Below, in pieces: positions 36,467 to 45,201 of a stretch of 64,000 nt of DNA. The translations under genes and the position numbers were made by a program. The DNA is from Casimicrobiaceae bacterium. Lineage in GTDB: Bacteria > Pseudomonadota > Gammaproteobacteria > Burkholderiales > Casimicrobiaceae. Under the pieces are notes generated by a model. It was not told the origin of the DNA and ran no database searches. It worked only from the letters and a program-made list of their open reading frames with translations. The stretch's first letter is position 1. Each line of letters opens with the position of its first letter. The stretch is taken from contig DASVPH010000030.1 of the NCBI GenBank assembly GCA_036382945.1, positions 7,387-71,386 on the forward strand, written 5' to 3'.

Positions 36467-37582
36467 TCAGTGGCCATGACCGGGACCACCGCCCGCGATC
36501 CGAGCTGCCGGCGCAATGAACCCGTACAGGCCGTTGTTCTCGTCGTTCGGTCCGGCGGCGAAGAACAGCACGTTAGTCGGCTGGCCTCTTACGCCGTTGC
36601 CGAAGGCGATGCCCCAGAGCCCGTCGATCGCGAGCGTGTCGTTGCTCGGGGTACGCAGTTGGCCCAGCGGCGTGCCGTTCTTGAGATCGTAGGCGTTGAT
36701 TGTCCCGTCGCCGAAGTTGCCCACCAGCAAGGCGTTGCCGAACTTGCCGAAGTTGGTGGGCGCGAGCGCCATGCCCCACGGCGCATTGAGCTTGCCGCGC
36801 GTCGCCAGGCGCCTGAGCAACACGCCGTCCGCATCGAAGACATCCACGAACCCCAGACCCGGCCCAGCGACCTCGTCGTCGCTGTCTTGCTTTTTCATCG
36901 CGTAGGCAACGTAGAGGTCGCCTTGGATGTTCATGATGTTGAACGGACCGAACTCGGGCGGGATGGCCGGGTCGACGAAGCGCTCTGGCGGCAGAAAGAC
37001 CTGGGCAAAACTGGCGTCGAGCACGTCGATCTTCTTGTTGCGAAAGTCGGCGGCGTAGAGCATGTGCGCCGTGCCGTTGCCGGCGATGGCGATCCCTTTG
37101 TAGGAGGCCGTCGGGGTCACGCCTGCGGGCGGGAACACCCGGGTCGCCGTGGCGCCACCATTCCATCCGGCGATCAGGCCGTCCTCGGTGGCGAAGAGGA
37201 ACAGCGCTCCGGTTGCGCCGACTTTGAAGTCGCTCGAGCTGTTGAAGGTGATGCCGGTCGGCGTGCCCTGGTCGGTCCCGTTCGCGCTCGGGATCGTCAC
37301 GACCAGCGCTTGCTTGGTCCCCAGCCCGTCGTAGAGCGTGGACACACCGATCTCGTTGTCGGCGACCCACACGACGGCGTTCGGGTTGAACGCAATACCC
37401 CAGGGGTTGACCAGATCGGCGTCCTGCTGGTCGGCGACGCCGGCCTGGTCGGAGACGAGATTGTGCTGCGCGTAACTGTTCGGCGCGCTCGGATCCGCAG
37501 CGGCCGACGCGCTCAGCGCGAGGCTCGCGGCGAGCAACGCCGCAGGCAGGCCCGGCCGTACGACGGTAGAAAAGGCGGTCAT
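36467..37582 (-). CDS. TIGR03118 family secreted protein
   Basis: Start at MTAFSTVVRPGLPAALLAASLALSASAA. NLVSD...LVNPWGIAF....VWVADN matches my memory of TIGR03118. Confidence 0.7.
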   Translation of the reverse strand: MTAFSTVVRPGLPAALLAASLALSASAAADPSAPNSYAQHNLVSDQAGVADQQDADLVNPWGIAFNPNAVVWVADNEIGVSTLYDGLGTKQALVVTIPSANGTDQGTPTGITFNSSSDFKVGATGALFLFATEDGLIAGWNGGATATRVFPPAGVTPTASYKGIAIAGNGTAHMLYAADFRNKKIDVLDASFAQVFLPPERFVDPAIPPEFGPFNIMNIQGDLYVAYAMKKQDSDDEVAGPGLGFVDVFDADGVLLRRLATRGKLNAPWGMALAPTNFGKFGNALLVGNFGDGTINAYDLKNGTPLGQLRTPSNDTLAIDGLWGIAFGNGVRGQPTNVLFFAAGPNDENNGLYGFIAPAARIAGGGPGHGH

Positions 37583-37706
37583 GGGTTTGAGCTCCACTTG
37601 TTGAGGCTGTCGAGGCACCGCGCCCGGGCGTGCCGGGCAGCGTTCGTATCGTCGTGCCGACCGCAGTTGGAGCCTCCGACGCAGCGAGGCTCTCGCGACG
37701 AGTTAG

Positions 37707-37980
37707 GGAACCTCTGAACAAGCCCCGCGTGGCCGCGACGGAGGCTTTCCGGGATGAGATGCGCGAAGCGACGCGAAGCCCGTGGCAGGTCCCACGGGCG
37801 AGCGGCGCGACAAAGCAGATCGCCCGGAAAGCCCCGTCCCTTCGGGTTTCGGCGCAATGGCCTCATCTGCGTTGTTGCGCGGCTTGCGAATAGGACGAGC
37901 TATTCGCTGCGCCGCGACGCCTAGCATCTGAGGCCTTTGCGCCAGAAACGCGGCTCATGTGGGGCTTGTTCAGAGGTTCC
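37707..37980. mobile_element. MITE-like 274-bp element with 20-bp perfect terminal inverted repeats
   Basis: GGAACCTCTGAACAAGCCCC at 37707-37726 pairs with GGGGCTTGTTCAGAGGTTCC at 37961-37980. The interior has several hairpins (e.g. GCGAATAG/CTATTCGC) and no credible ORF. Confidence 0.45.
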
Positions 37981-38169
37981 TTATCACCGGCGGTTCGCCG
38001 GCAGGAGTAGAACAGCGTGCCGCCCATCGCTATTCCGGCAGCAGCCGGCTTACGCGTTGCGACAGGTCTGCGCGGAGACCCTGCGGCCGTTGTAAAGTAG
38101 CGGCAGCGTTGCGCCGAGCCCTTCCGGCATGCGAATTTTTCAAACACCTCCCGCCGAAGGCCTGCGCCG

Positions 38170-38889
38170 ATGACCTGGTCGATCGTCGCGCGTGATGCCA
38201 CGGGTGCGCTGGGGGTGATCGTTGCCAGCCGTTTCTTCGCGGTGGGTGCGCTGTGCCCCTATGTGCACAGCGGCGTCGGCGCGCTCTGCACGCAAGCCCT
38301 GGTCAATCCGCTCTACGGGACACGCGGGCTTGCGTTGCTCGCGCAAGGCAAGGCGCCGGCCGACGTCGTGCGCGCGCTCAGCTTCGCCGACGCGGGCCGC
38401 GACCATCGCCAAGTGCACATGATCGACGCCGAAGGCAACATCGCCGCGCACACCGGGCTCGAGTGCATCGACTGGTGCGGCCAAGTCGCGGGCGACGGCT
38501 TTTCGGTTGCCGGGAACATGCTCGCCGGGCCGCAGGTGATCGAGGGCACCGCGCAGTTCTACGACGCCGGGCGCGAGTTGCCGTTCGCCGAGCGCCTGAT
38601 CGCGGCGATGGAGGCCGGCGAGGCGGCCGGAGGCGACAAGCGCGGCAAGCAGGCCGTGGCGCTCATCATCTGCACGACCGAAGCCTACCCCGCGCTCGAT
38701 CTGCGCGTCGACGATCACCCCGATCCGCTGGGCGAGCTCAATCGCCTTTACGTCAAGAGCCTCGAGCGATTCCAGCCGTTCGTCGCTTGCCTCCCCAGTC
38801 GGGCGCGACCGGCAGGCATTACCGATCGCGCGACGATCGAGGCGGAGATCCAGCGCTTTCAGGCAGAGCGGACCCGACGCCAATCATGA
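38170..38889 (+). CDS. DUF1028 domain protein (Ntn-hydrolase-like)
   Basis: [25 protein letters not shown] is the typical DUF1028 N-terminus. Confidence 0.8.
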   Translation: MTWSIVARDATGALGVIVASRFFAVGALCPYVHSGVGALCTQALVNPLYGTRGLALLAQGKAPADVVRALSFADAGRDHRQVHMIDAEGNIAAHTGLECIDWCGQVAGDGFSVAGNMLAGPQVIEGTAQFYDAGRELPFAERLIAAMEAGEAAGGDKRGKQAVALIICTTEAYPALDLRVDDHPDPLGELNRLYVKSLERFQPFVACLPSRARPAGITDRATIEAEIQRFQAERTRRQS

Positions 38890-39977
38890 GCGCCGCAGGG
38901 CCGTCCCAAGGCGCGAATTGCGCCCCCGCTTTTGGGGGCAGCGCAGCGGCCGAATTGGCCAATGAGGCCGCAAGCGTGGGGGCACACCAACATGCCCTCC
39001 TCGATGTTCGCGACCTCCGGACGTCGTTCGCGGTCGAGGGTGGCGAGCTGGCCGCCGTCGATGGGCTCAGCTTCGCGCTCGAGCCGGGACGCACGCTCGC
39101 GATCGTCGGCGAATCCGGTTGCGGCAAGAGCGTGACCGCGCTGTCGATCATGGGACTCATCGCGGCGCCGCCGGGACGCGTGCGCGGCGAGATCCTGTTC
39201 GAGGGCGTCGATCTCACCCGGCTTTCTCCGGCCGAGATGCGCGAGCTCCGCGGTAACCGGTTGTCGATGATCTTCCAGGAGCCGATGACCTCGCTCAATC
39301 CGGCTTTCAGCGTCGGCGAGCAGATCGCCGAAGTGCTGCTGCGGCATCGCCGCGTCTCGCGCGACGAGGCCCGGACGCGGACGATCGAGCTGCTGCGGCA
39401 GGTGCAGGTTCCTTCACCGGAACGGCGCTTCGCCGACTATCCTCACCGGCTCTCGGGCGGCATGCGGCAGCGGGTGATGATCGCGATGGCGCTCGCCTGC
39501 GAGCCGAAGCTTCTCATCGCCGACGAACCGACGACCGCGCTCGACGTCACCATCCAGGCGCAGATCCTGGATCTCATGCGCACGCTGCGCGAGCAGACCG
39601 GTGCGGCGATCATCCTGATCACGCACGATCTCGGCGTGGTCGCCGAGCTGGCCGACGAGGTCGCAGTGATGTACGCGGGCCGGATCGTCGAGCGCGCGGG
39701 CGTCGCGCGGCTGTTTGCCGAGCCGCAGCATCCCTACACCGTCGGCCTCCTGGGGTCGATTCCTCGGCTGGAGCTCGAGCAGGAGCGGCTGCCTGCGATC
39801 GAGGGCCTGGTGCCCAATCCGCTCGATCCGATCGCCGGCTGTCGCTTCCATCCGCGCTGTCCGTTCGCGGTCGAGCGCTGCCGGACCGAATGCCCGCCGC
39901 TCAGCGCGATGGGAGTCGCGCACGTTAGCGCGTGCTGGCGCGCTCCGCTCGACGCCGATGTTCTGGTGCCGGCGTGA
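38886..39977 (+). CDS. peptide ABC transporter ATP-binding protein (DppD/OppD-like)
   Basis: [27 protein letters not shown] and the C-terminal oligopeptide-type extension. ATGA overlap with DUF1028. An alternative GTG start is at 38976. Confidence 0.88.
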   Translation: MSAAGPSQGANCAPAFGGSAAAELANEAASVGAHQHALLDVRDLRTSFAVEGGELAAVDGLSFALEPGRTLAIVGESGCGKSVTALSIMGLIAAPPGRVRGEILFEGVDLTRLSPAEMRELRGNRLSMIFQEPMTSLNPAFSVGEQIAEVLLRHRRVSRDEARTRTIELLRQVQVPSPERRFADYPHRLSGGMRQRVMIAMALACEPKLLIADEPTTALDVTIQAQILDLMRTLREQTGAAIILITHDLGVVAELADEVAVMYAGRIVERAGVARLFAEPQHPYTVGLLGSIPRLELEQERLPAIEGLVPNPLDPIAGCRFHPRCPFAVERCRTECPPLSAMGVAHVSACWRAPLDADVLVPA

Positions 39978-40040
39978 GCCCGCGCGTCGCTCACCCCGGG
40001 GTTCGCCCCACTTTGGCCGGGGCTGCGGCCTGAGGGAGAA

Positions 40041-41132
40041 ATGAATATGAAGCCGCTCCTTTGCGTCGCGAAACTGGTCAAGCATTTCCCGGTGCGAAGA
40101 GGATTCTTCGGGCGCCACGGCGGCGCGGTGCGCGCCGTCGACGGCATCGACTTCGCGGTGGGCGAAGGCGAGACGCTGGCGCTGGTGGGTGAGTCGGGCT
40201 GCGGCAAGTCGACCACCGGACGGCTGATCCTGCGTCTGATCGAGCCCACGGCGGGGCGGATCGAATTCGAAGGCGAAGATCTGCTCGCGCTCGATCCGGC
40301 GGCCTTGCGTGCGCGACGACGCGCGCTGCAGATCATCTTCCAGGATCCGTACACCTCGCTCAACCCGCGCATGACCGTCGGCCAGATGCTCGCCGAGCCG
40401 CTTGCGCTGCACGGTCTGGCCGTCGGCCGCGAGCGCGAGCGCATCGCGGAGCTGCTTTCGCTGGTCGGGCTTTCCCCGCAGCACGCCAAGCGCTACCCGC
40501 ACGAATTCTCCGGCGGCCAGAGGCAGCGCATCGGCATCGCCCGAGCGCTCGCCGCCGAGCCGCGGCTCATCGTCTGCGACGAGCCGGTCTCGGCGCTCGA
40601 TGTCTCCATCCAGGCGCAGGTCGTCAACCTGCTGACCGACCTGCAACGGCGCTTCAAGCTCTCGTACGTCTTCATCGCCCACGATCTCGCGGTGGTCAAG
40701 CACATCGCCGCGCGCGTCGCGGTGATGTATCTCGGCCGCATCGTGGAATATGCCGATACGCGCGCCGTGTTTGCGACTCCGCAGCACCCGTACACGCGGG
40801 CGCTGCTCTCTGCAATACCGGTGCCGCGGCCCGCGGCGCGCCGCCAGCGCATCATCCTCCAGGGCGACGTGCCGAGCGCGCTCGATCCGCCGTCGGGTTG
40901 CCGCTTCCGCACGCGATGTCCGCACGCGCGCGCGCGCTGCGCCGAGGAGGATCCGCCGCTTGTCGCCGACGGCGGACACGCCACCGCGTGTCATTTCCGG
41001 CGGGAGATAGGGCCGCCGGCCGCCGCGCTCCCGCGCGCGGCGACGCACTCCGACGCACGCCTCGAGCGGCTGCAGTCGGCGTTCAAGCGCGGGCGAGCCG
41101 GCGAAACCTCGGCCGGGCGCGAGCTGTTGTAG
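40041..41132 (+). CDS. peptide ABC transporter ATP-binding protein (DppF/OppF-like)
   Basis: [17 protein letters not shown] and [11 protein letters not shown]. Confidence 0.88.
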   Translation: MNMKPLLCVAKLVKHFPVRRGFFGRHGGAVRAVDGIDFAVGEGETLALVGESGCGKSTTGRLILRLIEPTAGRIEFEGEDLLALDPAALRARRRALQIIFQDPYTSLNPRMTVGQMLAEPLALHGLAVGRERERIAELLSLVGLSPQHAKRYPHEFSGGQRQRIGIARALAAEPRLIVCDEPVSALDVSIQAQVVNLLTDLQRRFKLSYVFIAHDLAVVKHIAARVAVMYLGRIVEYADTRAVFATPQHPYTRALLSAIPVPRPAARRQRIILQGDVPSALDPPSGCRFRTRCPHARARCAEEDPPLVADGGHATACHFRREIGPPAAALPRAATHSDARLERLQSAFKRGRAGETSAGRELL

Positions 41133-41219
41133 ACTCCCGTTGCCGGACCCGACGCCGCTCGCGCGGCGGAAGCCCGCAGTAAAGAACGATCCGTCCAGCC
41201 AGAACAAAAGGAGGAGACC

Positions 41220-42734
41220 ATGAGTTCATCGATGTCGACCATACGCGCGCTGCTCGCCGCCGGGGCGGTGGCGACCACGCTGGCGCAGGCGCAGACGCTT
41301 CGCTTCGGTCTCGCCGAAGACCCCGACATCCTCGACCCGACGCTCGCGCGCACGTTCGTCGGACGGATCGTGTTCTCGGCGCTGTGCGACAAGCTCTTCG
41401 ACATCGACGAGAACCTCAACATCGTTCCCCAGCTCGCGACCTCGTACGAGTGGTCGCCCGACAGCAAGGCGCTCACGCTCAAGCTGCGCCAGGGCGTGAC
41501 GTTCCACGACGGCGAGAAATTCGACGCGGCGGCGGTGAAATACAACATCGAGCGGCACAAGAACATGCCGGGCTCCAACCGCCGCGGTGAGCTGGCGCCG
41601 GTCAAGAGCGTGGACGTGATCGATCCGTCCACCGTGCGCCTGAACCTGTCGGCACCGTTCTCGCCGCTGCTCGCCCAGCTCGCCGATCGCGCCGGCATGA
41701 TGGTCTCGCCCAAGGCGGCGCAGGCCGAAGGCGACAAGTTCGGCGCCAAGCCCGTGTGCTCGGGACCGTTCCGCTTCGTCGAGCGCGTGGCGCAGGACCG
41801 CATCGTGCTCGAGCGTTATCCCGACTACTGGAACAAGGCCGAGATTCACTTCGATCGCATCGTCTACCTCCCCATCCCCGACTCGACCGTGCGGCTCGCC
41901 AATCTGAAGTCGGGACAGCTCGATTTCATCGAGCGCATGGCGGCCTCGGATGTGCCGCAACTCGAGAGCGACAGCCGGTTCAAGATCTCCAAGATCACCG
42001 AGATCGGCTATCAGGGCATCACCATCAACGTGGGCAAGAGCGATCTCGCGCAGAAGAACCCCCTGGGCAAGGACCCGCGCGTGCGCGAAGCCTTCGAGCT
42101 CGCGCTCGACCGCGAGGGCATCGTGCAGGTGGCGATGGACGGCGAGGCCGACATCGGCAACCAGTGGGTCGCGCCGAGCAATGGCTTCTACGCCAAGAAC
42201 GTGCCGATCCCCAAGCGCGACGTCGCCAAGGCGAAGGCGCTGCTGCAGGCCGCCGGCGTGCCGAAGCCGAGCTTCACCCTGATGACGGCGACCACCTCCG
42301 ATGCGCAGAAGATCGCACAGGTCGTGCAGTCGATGGCCAAGGAAGCGGGGTTCGATGTGAGGATCCAGTCGACCGAATTCGCCACGTCGCTCAACATGGC
42401 CGACAAAGGTGACTTCGAAGCTTACGTGCTGGCGTGGAGCGGCCGCGCCGATCCCGACGGCAACATCTTCAGCTTCGACGGCTGCAAGCAGCCGCTCAAC
42501 TACGCGGGCTATTGCAAGCCCGAGGTGGACGAGCTGCTCACCAAATCGCGGACCACGCTCGATCCGGCGGAGCGCAAGAAGATCTACGGCCAGATCGCGG
42601 CGATCGTGCTCAAGGACCGGCCGATCGTGTATCTGTTCCACCGCCACTGGCTGTGGGCGTACACGAACCGGCTCTCCGGCCTGCGCACGATTCCCGACGG
42701 GCTGGTGAGGGTGCAGGGATTGAAGATGAATTGA
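41220..42734 (+). CDS. ABC transporter substrate-binding protein, family 5
   Basis: 504 aa with a signal peptide. TFHDGEKFDA and layout fit DppA/OppA-type SBPs. Confidence 0.88.
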   Translation: MSSSMSTIRALLAAGAVATTLAQAQTLRFGLAEDPDILDPTLARTFVGRIVFSALCDKLFDIDENLNIVPQLATSYEWSPDSKALTLKLRQGVTFHDGEKFDAAAVKYNIERHKNMPGSNRRGELAPVKSVDVIDPSTVRLNLSAPFSPLLAQLADRAGMMVSPKAAQAEGDKFGAKPVCSGPFRFVERVAQDRIVLERYPDYWNKAEIHFDRIVYLPIPDSTVRLANLKSGQLDFIERMAASDVPQLESDSRFKISKITEIGYQGITINVGKSDLAQKNPLGKDPRVREAFELALDREGIVQVAMDGEADIGNQWVAPSNGFYAKNVPIPKRDVAKAKALLQAAGVPKPSFTLMTATTSDAQKIAQVVQSMAKEAGFDVRIQSTEFATSLNMADKGDFEAYVLAWSGRADPDGNIFSFDGCKQPLNYAGYCKPEVDELLTKSRTTLDPAERKKIYGQIAAIVLKDRPIVYLFHRHWLWAYTNRLSGLRTIPDGLVRVQGLKMN

Positions 42735-42746
42735 TGCCCTCGATTC

Positions 42747-42773
42747 GTCGTCCCCGCGAACGCGGGGACCCAG
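42747..42773. repeat. REP-like hairpin
   Basis: GTCCCCGCG-aa-CGCGGGGAC is a 9-bp perfect stem between the SBP and permease genes. Confidence 0.6.
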
Positions 42774-42915
42774 TGACGTCCGTCGCACGACGCTGGATGG
42801 CTGTTCCTCGAGACTTCGGCCTTCGGCCTCGTTTGGCCGCAAGCTCGAAGCTCGCCGCTCCGCGGCTTCGCTTGGCCGCTTGCGCGGAAATGACGATCGT
42901 CGGGCGCTCCCGCCA

Positions 42916-43863
42916 ATGTTGAGCTACCTCCTCCGCCGCCTCGCGACCATCGTCCCGACGCTGTTCTTCGTCTCGGTCCTGATCTTCGGGCTGCAGCAGC
43001 TCCTGCCCGGCGATCCGGCGATGATCCTCGCCGGCGAGGAGCGCGACCCGACGGTGATCGCCTACCTGCATCAGAAGCTGCACCTCGACGAGCCGCTGCC
43101 GATCCGCTATCTGTACTGGGCGGGCGGCGTGCTCACGGGCGACCTGGGCGAGTCGGTGCGGATCCAGAAGCCGGTGCTCGAGCTCATTATCGAGAAGCTT
43201 CCGGTCACGCTGGAGCTCGCGCTGCTCGCGATCCTGATCGCGCTCGCGATCGGCATCACCGCCGGAATCGTCTCCGCGGTCGCCAAGGACAGCGTGTGGG
43301 ACTACGCGGCCAACGTGTTCGCGCTGTGGGGATTGTCGACGCCGAATTTCTGGCTCGGGATCATGCTGATCCTGCTCTTCTCGGTGACGCTGGGCTGGCT
43401 TCCCGCGTCCGGCTATGTGAGCCCGTTCGACGATCTCAAGGGCAACCTGGCCGCGATGATCATGCCCGCGTTCGTGCTCGGCAACGCGATCGCGGCGGTC
43501 CTCATGCGTCACACCAGGAGCGCGATGCTTCAGGTGCTCAACGCCGACTACGTGCGCACCGCGCGGGCCAAGGGGCTCGACGAGCGCGTGGTCGTGCTCA
43601 AGCACGCGCTGCGCAACGCGCTCACCCCGGTGATCACGCTGGGCGCGCTCGAATTCGGGACGCTTCTCTCGGGCGCGGTGCTCACCGAGCAGGTGTTCAC
43701 GATTCCTGGGTTCGGCAAGCTCATCGTCGACGCGGTGTTCAACCGCGACTATGCGGTCGTGCAGGGCGTCGTGCTATTCACGGCGACTGCGTACATCGCG
43801 CTCAATCTCATCGCCGACCTCGCCTACTTCCTGGTCAATCCGCGGTTAAGGGATAGCGCATGA
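42916..43863 (+). CDS. ABC transporter permease (DppB-like)
   Basis: Start at MLSYLLRRL, the canonical DppB/OppB N-terminus. Six TM segments with an EAA-type loop. Confidence 0.88.
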   Translation: MLSYLLRRLATIVPTLFFVSVLIFGLQQLLPGDPAMILAGEERDPTVIAYLHQKLHLDEPLPIRYLYWAGGVLTGDLGESVRIQKPVLELIIEKLPVTLELALLAILIALAIGITAGIVSAVAKDSVWDYAANVFALWGLSTPNFWLGIMLILLFSVTLGWLPASGYVSPFDDLKGNLAAMIMPAFVLGNAIAAVLMRHTRSAMLQVLNADYVRTARAKGLDERVVVLKHALRNALTPVITLGALEFGTLLSGAVLTEQVFTIPGFGKLIVDAVFNRDYAVVQGVVLFTATAYIALNLIADLAYFLVNPRLRDSA

Positions 43864-44075
43864 GCGCGGCGCGAGAAGTTAAGGCGCGAAGCGCTCGGCG
43901 CCGCGCGATTGCGGAGCGGCCGACGCGCGACGCTGCGCATGCGCTCGGTCTGAAGGAGGCCGCATGAGCGCGGCGCGAGAAGTTAAGGCGCGAAGCGCTC
44001 GGCGCCGCGCGATTGCGGAGCGGCCGACGCGCGACGCTGCGCATGCGCTCGGTCTGAAGGAGGCCGCATGAGCGC
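43857..44075. repeat. perfect 104-bp tandem duplication (2.1 copies)
   Basis: Units 43857-43960 and 43961-44064 read identical, and the next 11 nt repeat again. Each unit carries GAAGGAGG-N4-ATG. Confidence 0.9.
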
Positions 44076-44126
44076 CGCTCCCCGCGCCCTGGCCCTCTGC
44101 CCGCGCGGCGCGGAGAGCGAGCAGCG

Positions 44127-45005
44127 ATGACCACCGCCGTAGTCTCCACGGCAACCATTCCGCGCGACGTTTCGCCCGGACAGCGCGCGCTCAGGCGGCT
44201 CGTCCGACGGCGCGGCGCGATGGTGGCGCTGGGCGTAGTGGCGTTTTTCGTCGCCGTCGCGCTGCTCGCGCCGCTGCTCTCTCCGTACGATCCGGTCGCC
44301 ACGAGCTGGAGCGCGGTGCGCAAAGGCCCGTCCGCGGCGCACTGGTTCGGCACCGACGAGATCGGCCGCGACGTGCTCGCGCGCGTGATCTTCGGCACAC
44401 GGGCGTCGCTCCTCGCCGGCGTGGTGTCGGTGTCGATCGCGCTCGCCTTCGGCGTGCCGATCGGACTCACGGCAGGGTATGTCGGCGGCTGGGTCGACGC
44501 GCTCATCTCACGCATGACCGACGCGATGCTCGCCTGCCCGTTCCTGATTCTCGCCATCGCGCTCGCGGCGTTCCTCGGGCCGAACCTCACCAACGCGATG
44601 ATCGCGATCGGCATCTCCGCCACGCCGATCTTCATCCGCCTGACGCGCGCCCAGGTGCTGCACGTCAAGGTCGAGGACTACGTCGAGGCCGCGCGCGCGG
44701 TCGGCAACTCGCACCTGCGCATCGCGCTCCGGCACATCCTGCCCAACATCGTGCCGCCGCTGATCGTGCAGGCGACACTCGCGGTGGCCGCGGCGATCAT
44801 CGCCGAAGCCGCGCTGTCTTTCCTTGGCCTGGGCCAGCAACCCCCGGCGCCCTCGTGGGGTAGCATGCTCAACACCGCGAAGAACTACATCGACAACGCG
44901 CCCTGGATGGCGATCTGGCCCGGGCTGTCGATCTTCCTGCTGGTGCTCTCGTTCAACCTGCTGGGCGACGGCTTGCGCGACGCGTTCGATCCGCGGGGCG
45001 GGTAG
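44127..45005 (+). CDS. ABC transporter permease (DppC-like)
   Basis: 292 aa. GTDEIGRDVL and the C-terminal GDGLRDAFDPR are typical of DppC/OppC. Confidence 0.88.
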   Translation: MTTAVVSTATIPRDVSPGQRALRRLVRRRGAMVALGVVAFFVAVALLAPLLSPYDPVATSWSAVRKGPSAAHWFGTDEIGRDVLARVIFGTRASLLAGVVSVSIALAFGVPIGLTAGYVGGWVDALISRMTDAMLACPFLILAIALAAFLGPNLTNAMIAIGISATPIFIRLTRAQVLHVKVEDYVEAARAVGNSHLRIALRHILPNIVPPLIVQATLAVAAAIIAEAALSFLGLGQQPPAPSWGSMLNTAKNYIDNAPWMAIWPGLSIFLLVLSFNLLGDGLRDAFDPRGG

Positions 45006-45147
45006 CGGCGCGAGCCCGCAGCGAGGGGCCCCACGCGTGAGCGGGGGGATCGCGCGAGGCGAGTCGACGCTGGCGGCCGACGCGCAATGGGACCCTTCAC
45101 AGTCAGGGGTTCAAGGAGGCCGCGGCGCGAGCCCGCAGCGAGGGGCC
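45005..45147. repeat. 65-nt GCGAG-rich element plus a 26-nt partial second copy
   Basis: 45006-45070 is about 88% identical by eye to the reverse complement of 62281-62344. GCGGCGCGAGCCCGCAGCGAGGGGCC repeats at 45005-45030 and 45122-45147. Confidence 0.8.
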
Positions 45148-45201
45148 TCCGCCACGGCCACGCGAATTCCTCTCGTCGGGTCGTCGGCCCTTGCGTCCGG
45201 C

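Noticed and set aside
39414-42842. 597-aa and 538-aa minus-strand ORFs across the peptide ABC operon.
   Set aside because: They are antisense to the ATPase and SBP genes that carry canonical Walker and signature motifs.
43857-44075. Tandem repeat considered as a CRISPR array or minisatellite.
   Set aside because: There are only 2.1 directly abutting identical 104-bp units with no unique spacers, and no cas genes in the window.
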